A stretch of DNA of 64,000 nt, from assembly GCA_019244185.1 (NCBI GenBank), contig JAFATB010000002.1:102551-166550 (forward strand). Direction: 5' to 3'. Position numbers and translations under genes: made by a program. The notes beneath the pieces were generated by a model that saw nothing but the letters and a program-made list of their open reading frames with translations, searched no databases and had not been told where the DNA came from. Positions 57,793 to 64,000 of the stretch are shown here, piece by piece. This stretch comes from Acidobacteriota bacterium. GTDB taxonomy: Bacteria > Acidobacteriota > Thermoanaerobaculia > Gp7-AA8. Position 1 is the stretch's first letter. Each line of letters begins with the position of its first letter.

Positions 57793-60156
57793 ATGAACAC
57801 TCCCGATACCCTCGAATTCGATCGCGTGCTCGCCCTCGTGGCGATGGAGGCCAAGAGCGCGCCGGGCAAGGCCGCGGTCGCGCGCCGCCGTCCGCTCGCC
57901 TCGCTCGAACAGTGCGAGCGCGCGCAGGCGGAGCTCGGCGAGATGGTCCGCTACGTTCATGCGGAAGGCCACCTCCCGCTCGCCGGCATCATCGACGTCG
58001 TCCCGTTCTTCCACCGCGAGACCGTGCTCGAGATCGACGAGTCGTGGCAGGTCGTGCGCGCCGTGCGCGCGACGCAGGCCATGCGCGAAGCGCTGCTCCG
58101 CACCGAAGGCTACGCTCGCCTCTCCGCGCTCGCGCAGTCGATCGCCGACCTCGGCGAGCTGCTGACGAAGACGAACAAGTACTTCACACGCGAGGGCAAG
58201 CTGCGCGAGGAAGCCTCGGCCGAGCTGCGCGCGATCCGCACGCGCGTCCACGCGAAGCGCAACGCGATCCAGCGCGCGCTGCAGGACGTCATGAACCGCA
58301 ACGCCGACGCCGTGCAGGAGCCGCTCGTCGTCATGCGCGGCGACCGCTACTGCATCCCCGTGCGCAGCGATCATCGCAACGCGGTCCCGGGCATCCTCCA
58401 CGAACGCTCCGGCTCCGGCGCGTCGTTCTTCATCGAGCCGATGGGCGCGATCGAACTGAACAACGACCTCGCCGACCTGCTCATCCAGGAGCGCGAGGAG
58501 ATCGCGCGCATCACGCGCTTCCTCTCGCAGACGCTCTTCGAACAGCACGAGACGATCGAGGAAGCGGTGGCGGTCTGCGGCGAGCTCGATGCGCTGCAGG
58601 CATGCGCGCTCTTCCACGACACGATCCGCGGCACGCGCCCGCTGTTCTCCGCCGACCGCACGCTGCAGATCCTCGACGGCCGCCATCCGCTGCTCGACGA
58701 GCGCCTCGCGCCGCAACGGCAGGAAGCCTTCGGCGAAGAGCCGGGCACGCGCAAGGTCGTGCCGCTGACGATCGAGCTGAACGCGGAACGCTCCGCGCTC
58801 GTGATCTCCGGACCGAACGCCGGCGGCAAGACCGTCGCGCTGAAAACCGCCGGACTGCTCGTCGCGATGGGCATGAGCGGACTGCCCGTCCCCGCGACGG
58901 AAGGCACGGTGCTCCCCTGCGTCGACGCGCTGCACGTGCTGATCGGCGACGACCAGAGCGTGCTTGAACATCTGTCGACGTTCTCCGCGTACCTCGTGCG
59001 CCTCAAGCGCGTGCTGACGCGCGCGACGCCGCGCTCGCTCGTGCTGCTCGACGAGCTGGGCTCCGGCACGGATCCCGAGGAGGGCGCGGCGCTCGCGGCG
59101 TCCGTCATCGAACATCTGCTCGCCACCGGCGCGCTGCTCATCGTCACGACGCACCTCTCGGCGCTGAAGAGCTTCGCGGTCAACGACGGCCGCATCGTGA
59201 ACGCGTCGATGGAGTTCGACTCCGCGACCGGGCAGCCGACGTATCGCCTCATCAGCGGCATCCCCGGACGTTCGCGCGCGATCGAAGTCGCGCAGATGAT
59301 CGGCCTCCCCGCCTCGATCATCGCCAGCGCGCGCGAGCGCCTCGGCGAACGCTACGGCGAGACCGATCATCTCCTGGCCACGCTGCAGAAGCGGATGTCG
59401 GAGATCGTCGCGCAGCAGGACGAGCTCGCGCGGCTGCGCCGCGAGTCCGAGCAGTCGAAACGCGCGATGGACGAGAAAGCCGCGCAGCTCGAAGCGGAAC
59501 GCGCGCGCCTCGGCACCTCCTATCGCGAGGAGCTCGAGCGCCTGCGCGACGACGTCACGCGCACGCTGACGAACGAGCTGAAAACCCTCCGCGAGATGGA
59601 CCGCGCCGCGCGCTCCAGCGTCAGCGCGCCGGAAGTGCTCAAGACCGTCACGAAGAGCGTCGACAAGGCGATGGAGTTCATCCCCGCGGAACAGCGCGAG
59701 GTGCACGTTGGCGACCGCGCCGAGCACCGCAAGTTCAAAGTCGTCGGCGACGTGATCTCCGTGAATGACGGCAAGGCGGTGCTGCTCGTCAGCGGACGGA
59801 AGATGACCGTCGACGTGCGCGACCTCATCACGAAGGCGAGCGCGAAACCGGCGCAGCCGCAGACGAAGATCCGCGCGCAGAAAGGCAGCGGCAGCGACGT
59901 CGCCGTGCAGGTTTCCGCGGAGCTCAACCTCATCGGTCAACGTGTTGACGATGCTCTCGACGTATCCGATCGCTTCCTCGACCGCGCGCTGCTCGAAGGC
60001 AAGCAGGCCGTGCGCATCATCCACGGCTTCGGCACCGGCACGCTGCGCAAGGCCGTGCGCGAGCATCTGCGCAAGCATCCGGCCGTGAAGTCGTGGCGTC
60101 CCGGCGAAGACAACGAGGGCGGCGACGGCGCGACGATCGCGGTGCTGGACGCGTAA
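57793..60156 (+). CDS. mutS2: MutS2 (ATPase + coiled coil + KOW + Smr)
   Basis: TLEFDRV, SGSGASFFIEP, RHPLL, ISGPNAGGKTV, IGDDQS....LSTFS, DELGSGTDP, Smr IIHGFGTGTLR...EGGDGAT. Confidence 0.94.
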   Translation: MNTPDTLEFDRVLALVAMEAKSAPGKAAVARRRPLASLEQCERAQAELGEMVRYVHAEGHLPLAGIIDVVPFFHRETVLEIDESWQVVRAVRATQAMREALLRTEGYARLSALAQSIADLGELLTKTNKYFTREGKLREEASAELRAIRTRVHAKRNAIQRALQDVMNRNADAVQEPLVVMRGDRYCIPVRSDHRNAVPGILHERSGSGASFFIEPMGAIELNNDLADLLIQEREEIARITRFLSQTLFEQHETIEEAVAVCGELDALQACALFHDTIRGTRPLFSADRTLQILDGRHPLLDERLAPQRQEAFGEEPGTRKVVPLTIELNAERSALVISGPNAGGKTVALKTAGLLVAMGMSGLPVPATEGTVLPCVDALHVLIGDDQSVLEHLSTFSAYLVRLKRVLTRATPRSLVLLDELGSGTDPEEGAALAASVIEHLLATGALLIVTTHLSALKSFAVNDGRIVNASMEFDSATGQPTYRLISGIPGRSRAIEVAQMIGLPASIIASARERLGERYGETDHLLATLQKRMSEIVAQQDELARLRRESEQSKRAMDEKAAQLEAERARLGTSYREELERLRDDVTRTLTNELKTLREMDRAARSSVSAPEVLKTVTKSVDKAMEFIPAEQREVHVGDRAEHRKFKVVGDVISVNDGKAVLLVSGRKMTVDVRDLITKASAKPAQPQTKIRAQKGSGSDVAVQVSAELNLIGQRVDDALDVSDRFLDRALLEGKQAVRIIHGFGTGTLRKAVREHLRKHPAVKSWRPGEDNEGGDGATIAVLDA

Positions 60157-61892
60157 TGGCGTACGTCGACCTCAACGACTCCATCATCGCGCAGGTGCGC
60201 GGCGCCGCGGACATCGTCGACTTCGTGCAGCAGGTCACGCCGCTCAAGCTCGCGGGCAAGAGCTACAAAGGTCTCTGCCCGTTTCACCGCGAAAAAAGCC
60301 CGTCGTTCCACGTCGATCGCGACAAGGGACTCTTCTACTGCTTCGGCTGCGGCACCGGAGGCGACGTCTTCAAGTTCCTCACGCTGACGGAACGCTTCAC
60401 GTTCCCCGAGGCGGTGGAGCATGTGGCATCGCGCGTGGGAATCGAATTGCCAAAGCGGCGGCGCGCGCAGCGCGACAACGACAAGGACGATCTGCTCGAG
60501 CTGATGGACGACGCGTCGGAAGCGTTCCATCAGGCGCTGGCCTGGACGCCGAACGCCGCGGATGAGTATCTGAAGCATCGCGGCGTCCCGCAGGACGTCA
60601 TCCGCAAATACGGCTTCGGCTACGCGCCCGAGTCATGGGACTACCTGCTGCGCCGCCTCGGCCAGAAGCACGGCGAGAAGAAGCTCGAAGCGGCGGGCTT
60701 GATCACGCCGCGCAAGACCGGCAACGGTTTCTACGACCGCTTTCGCAACCGGTTGATCATTCCGATTCATTCGGACACCGGCGCGCTGGTCGGCTTCGGC
60801 GGGCGCGCGCTCGACGACAGCGAGCCGAAATATCTCAACTCGCCGGAGTCGGAGCTCTTCAACAAATCGCGGCTGCTCTACAACCTGCATCGCAGCAAAG
60901 ACGCGATGCGGCGCTTCGATCGCGCGATTCTCGTCGAGGGCTACTTCGACGCGATCGCCATCGATCACGCGGGAGTGCCGGGCGTCGTCGCGTCTATGGG
61001 CACCTCGCTCACGCCGGGCCAAGCGTCATTGCTGCGCCGTTTCACGCGCCGCGTGATCCTCGCGTACGACGGCGACAACGCGGGACGCGCGGCCACGCTG
61101 CGCGCGGCGCCGATCCTGCTCGCGGCGGGGCTGCACGTGGAGGCGCTCGATCTGCAGGGCGAGAAAGATCCCGATGCGCTCGTGCAGAAGCACGGCGCCG
61201 ATAAGTTCCTCGAGGTGCTGTCGAACGCGCTCGACATCTTCGAGTTCGGCCTGCGCGAATGGGCCTCCGACGCGGCGCAGTTGAGCGGGCGCGAGAAGTC
61301 GGAGCGCGTCGAGCAGTTCATGCCGATGCTGTCCGCGGTCTCGGATCCGGTGGTGCGCAACGAGGCCGCGCAGCGGATCGCCGACGCATTCCGGCTCGAG
61401 TTCGAGACGGTGTGGTCGCGCGTGCGCGGGAAAGCGGCGCCGGCGAAAACGGTGGAACGGTCGGCGGTGGCGCCGATCGGCGCGGGCGAGAAGTTCGTGC
61501 TGACGGCGGCGCTTCAGGGGCGTCTGACGCGCGAACAGCTGGGCCGGTTGCAGGAGGAGTTTTTCGAAGACCCGGCGTGCAAAACGCTCTTTTCTATCAT
61601 AAAAAATGATCTCGTAACCGGTGACCCTATTGATTTTGCGAAATTGGGAGCCCATCTTAGGGGCGAGGCCGAGTTGACGCTGCTTTCCGAGCTCAGCCTC
61701 AGCGAAGAGATTGACGACCGCTCTCTCCAACGCCTCGACGAAAACCTCCGTCCGATGGAGAGAAACTACTTGTCCCGCCGGATGCGCCAAATCCAACGCG
61801 AAATCATCGACGCCGGGAACGACGGCGAACGTGTGGCCAGGCTGGACCGCGAAAAGCTCGAACTGTCCCGTATGTTGCAGTCCCTGAAATAA
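60156..61892 (+). CDS. dnaG: DNA primase
   Basis: CPFHREKSPSF, CFGC, DRFRNRLIIPI, KYLNSPE, VEGYFD, YDGDNAG, KDPD. ATG overlaps the mutS2 TAA. Confidence 0.97.
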   Translation: MAYVDLNDSIIAQVRGAADIVDFVQQVTPLKLAGKSYKGLCPFHREKSPSFHVDRDKGLFYCFGCGTGGDVFKFLTLTERFTFPEAVEHVASRVGIELPKRRRAQRDNDKDDLLELMDDASEAFHQALAWTPNAADEYLKHRGVPQDVIRKYGFGYAPESWDYLLRRLGQKHGEKKLEAAGLITPRKTGNGFYDRFRNRLIIPIHSDTGALVGFGGRALDDSEPKYLNSPESELFNKSRLLYNLHRSKDAMRRFDRAILVEGYFDAIAIDHAGVPGVVASMGTSLTPGQASLLRRFTRRVILAYDGDNAGRAATLRAAPILLAAGLHVEALDLQGEKDPDALVQKHGADKFLEVLSNALDIFEFGLREWASDAAQLSGREKSERVEQFMPMLSAVSDPVVRNEAAQRIADAFRLEFETVWSRVRGKAAPAKTVERSAVAPIGAGEKFVLTAALQGRLTREQLGRLQEEFFEDPACKTLFSIIKNDLVTGDPIDFAKLGAHLRGEAELTLLSELSLSEEIDDRSLQRLDENLRPMERNYLSRRMRQIQREIIDAGNDGERVARLDREKLELSRMLQSLK

Positions 61893-62055
61893 TTATCGTC
61901 CCTCCAGGATTACGCGGGTGTCCACTCTGGACGATACTTTGGCGGCGTTGTCAACCATAAAAGTGACGGCCCCGCCAAGGCCTCGTCCGGGGGCCTGAGC
62001 CGAGAGTGCCGAAGCGGCGATCACGACGCTGCCCAACGCGAGGAGCGAAAACGAC

Positions 62056-63885
62056 ATGACGACACGCCTGCGCACTTCGAATCTCGAACCGGAATCCACT
62101 TTTGAAGACGAGGGGGTTGGCGAGTTGAGCGTCGAAGAAAAGTATGCGGAAGTAAAGCAGCTCATCGCGATCGGCAAAGAAAAGGGCTTTCTGCTTTACG
62201 ACGAGATTTACGAGGTGCTCCCGGAGGAAGTGACGTCTCTCCCCGAGGAGCTCGACGAGATCTACATCCGCTTCAACGACCTGGGCATCGACGTCGTCGA
62301 AGATGCCGAGAAGCCGCTGCAGACGACTCCGAAGGGAATCGTCACCATCGACGGCACCATCGAAGAAAAAGAGATGGACCAGCGCGAGGAGGTCCAGCAG
62401 GACATCATCGCCGCGTCCAGCGGAATCGTCGACAAGACCAACGACCCGGTCCGCATGTACCTGCGCGAGATGGGCACGGTCAAGCTCCTCGACCGCCAGG
62501 GCGAAGTCGACATCGCCAAGCGCATCGAAAAGGGCGAGCGCAAGGTCTTCAAGGCGCTCTCCGCGAACCGCATCATCCGCGAGGAAATCCTCAAGATCTA
62601 CGAGGCCGCGAAGAAAGACGCGCGCGTCATCAAAGAGACCATCGACCTAGCCATGCCGGACGATGAAGGTGTCGAGATCACCGCCGACGGCGAGCCGAAA
62701 CTTCCCGCCGCCGCCGCGAACAAGATCCACGACATCATGTTGATCTTCGAGGGCATCGCCAAGCTCGACAAGCGCATCAAGGACGGCCTGGTCAAGCTCG
62801 CCGATCCGAAGAAGCTCTCCGATCGCACCATCGCCACGACGCTTCGCAACGTCGATCGTCTCGAGCAGGAGCTCGCCGACGAGCTGCAGCGCGTCGACTT
62901 CACGCCGCAGACGCGCAATCGGATGATCAACAAGCTCAAGGACATCGACAACGAGCTCGCGCAGGCGGTGTCGATGATCCGCAAGGACGAGCAGGCGCTG
63001 AAGCGCGAGAAGGACAAGACCCGCCGCGACTTCTATCGCCGCCGCCTCCAGAAGTATCAGGAGAAGCTCGGCGAGCTCGAGACGTTCTACGGCCTCACGC
63101 ACGAGGACCTGCGCAAGACCATACGCGAGATCCGCCAGGGTGAGGAAGAAGCAGATCAGGCCAAGCAGGAGCTGATCGTTGCCAACCTGCGCCTCGTCGT
63201 CTCCATCGCGAAGAAGTACACGAACCGCGGCCTGCAGTTCCTCGACCTCATTCAGGAAGGCAACATCGGCCTCATGAAGGCGGTCGAGAAGTTCGAGTAC
63301 CGCCGCGGCTACAAGTTCTCGACGTACGCGACGTGGTGGATCCGCCAGGCCATCACGCGCGCGATCGCCGATCAGGCGCGCACGATCCGCATCCCGGTGC
63401 ACATGATCGAAACGATCAACAAGCTGATTCGCACCTCGCGCGCGCTCGTGCAGGAACTCGGGCGCGAGCCGACGTCGGAGGAGATCGCGAAGCGGATGGA
63501 CATTCCCGTGTCGAAGGTCCGCAAGGTCCTGAAGATCGCGCAGGAGCCGATCTCGCTCGAGACGCCGATCGGTGAAGAGGAAGACTCGCATCTTGGCGAT
63601 TTCATCGAGGATCGCGGCGTGATCTCCCCCATCGATCACGTGATCGTCGCGAACCTCAAAGAGCAGACGAACAAGGTGCTTCGCACGCTCACCCCGCGCG
63701 AAGAGCAGGTCCTCAAGATGCGCTTCGGCGTCGGCGACGGCGCCGAGCACACGCTCGAGGAAGTGGGCCGCTCGTTCAACGTCACGCGCGAGCGAATCCG
63801 CCAGATCGAGTCGAAGGCGCTGCGCAAGCTGCGTCACCCGTCGCGCTCGAAAAAGCTCCGTCCGTTCCTCGACTCGACGTTCTAG
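62056..63885 (+). CDS. rpoD: Primary sigma factor sigma70
   Basis: [62 protein letters not shown]. Confidence 0.98.
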   Translation: MTTRLRTSNLEPESTFEDEGVGELSVEEKYAEVKQLIAIGKEKGFLLYDEIYEVLPEEVTSLPEELDEIYIRFNDLGIDVVEDAEKPLQTTPKGIVTIDGTIEEKEMDQREEVQQDIIAASSGIVDKTNDPVRMYLREMGTVKLLDRQGEVDIAKRIEKGERKVFKALSANRIIREEILKIYEAAKKDARVIKETIDLAMPDDEGVEITADGEPKLPAAAANKIHDIMLIFEGIAKLDKRIKDGLVKLADPKKLSDRTIATTLRNVDRLEQELADELQRVDFTPQTRNRMINKLKDIDNELAQAVSMIRKDEQALKREKDKTRRDFYRRRLQKYQEKLGELETFYGLTHEDLRKTIREIRQGEEEADQAKQELIVANLRLVVSIAKKYTNRGLQFLDLIQEGNIGLMKAVEKFEYRRGYKFSTYATWWIRQAITRAIADQARTIRIPVHMIETINKLIRTSRALVQELGREPTSEEIAKRMDIPVSKVRKVLKIAQEPISLETPIGEEEDSHLGDFIEDRGVISPIDHVIVANLKEQTNKVLRTLTPREEQVLKMRFGVGDGAEHTLEEVGRSFNVTRERIRQIESKALRKLRHPSRSKKLRPFLDSTF

Positions 63886-63911
63886 TCTTGGACCATTTGC
63901 AATTCGCCTCG

Positions 63912-63940
63912 AGGGCGGCCAACATGGCCGCCCTTTTCTT
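63912..63940 (+). terminator. Intrinsic terminator after rpoD
   Basis: AGGGCGGCCA-ACA-TGGCCGCCCT followed by TTTCTT. Confidence 0.85.
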
Positions 63941-63943
63941 CTG

Positions 63944-64000
63944 ATGATGAAACCGACGCCCGCCATCGCCCTCCTGTTCGCCCTCGCCACCGCGGCCGCT
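63944..64000 (+). CDS. Start of a probable secreted protein, truncated by the window edge
   Basis: MMKPTPAIALLFALATAAA looks like a signal peptide. Confidence 0.45.
   Translation, partial: MMKPTPAIALLFALATAAA

Noticed and set aside
63886-63943. tRNA after rpoD, as found in many bacteria
   Set aside because: Only a terminator hairpin is present; no cloverleaf or TTCGA T-loop.

Overview
This is a high-GC bacterial chromosome segment. The gene content (LptF-LptG and LptC-LptA fusions, GWxTD-like proteins, a small PufC-like cytochrome) suggests Acidobacteriota, probably Thermoanaerobaculia; that assignment is inferred, not searched. Most of the window is housekeeping: peptide ABC transporter genes, coaD, a polyprenyl synthase, yajQ, lolA, kdsD, panE, pckA, lptFG, metB-hom, parAB, miaB, the lptC/A-lptB-rpoN-hpf-hprK-rapZ-PTS cluster, recJ, a TolC/Yip1/MFP/ABC exporter, murJ, udk, a prolyl oligopeptidase and rpsU-mutS2-dnaG-rpoD. 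The most interesting signals are not in the ORF track. (1) A 24-codon leader peptide with three tandem Met codons plus Cys lies between a canonical sigma70 promoter and metB-hom, a candidate methionine-sensing ribosomal attenuator. (2) A 1462-bp integrase-free cassette carries a DUF4157 (eCIS-core) protein and its own promoter, bounded by a perfect 44-bp duplication of the murJ 3' end. Similar gene-end duplications occur around a toxin-antitoxin pair and at the oppD/oppF junction. (3) A XerCD dif site lies about 2.7 kb from a parAB pair. (4) Heptamer-repeat hairpin elements sit at or near stop codons. (5) Many genes have a leaderless-type -10 box 6-8 nt before the start codon. I saw no rRNA, tRNA, CRISPR array, transposase or integrase. 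All family assignments are from motif recognition by eye.
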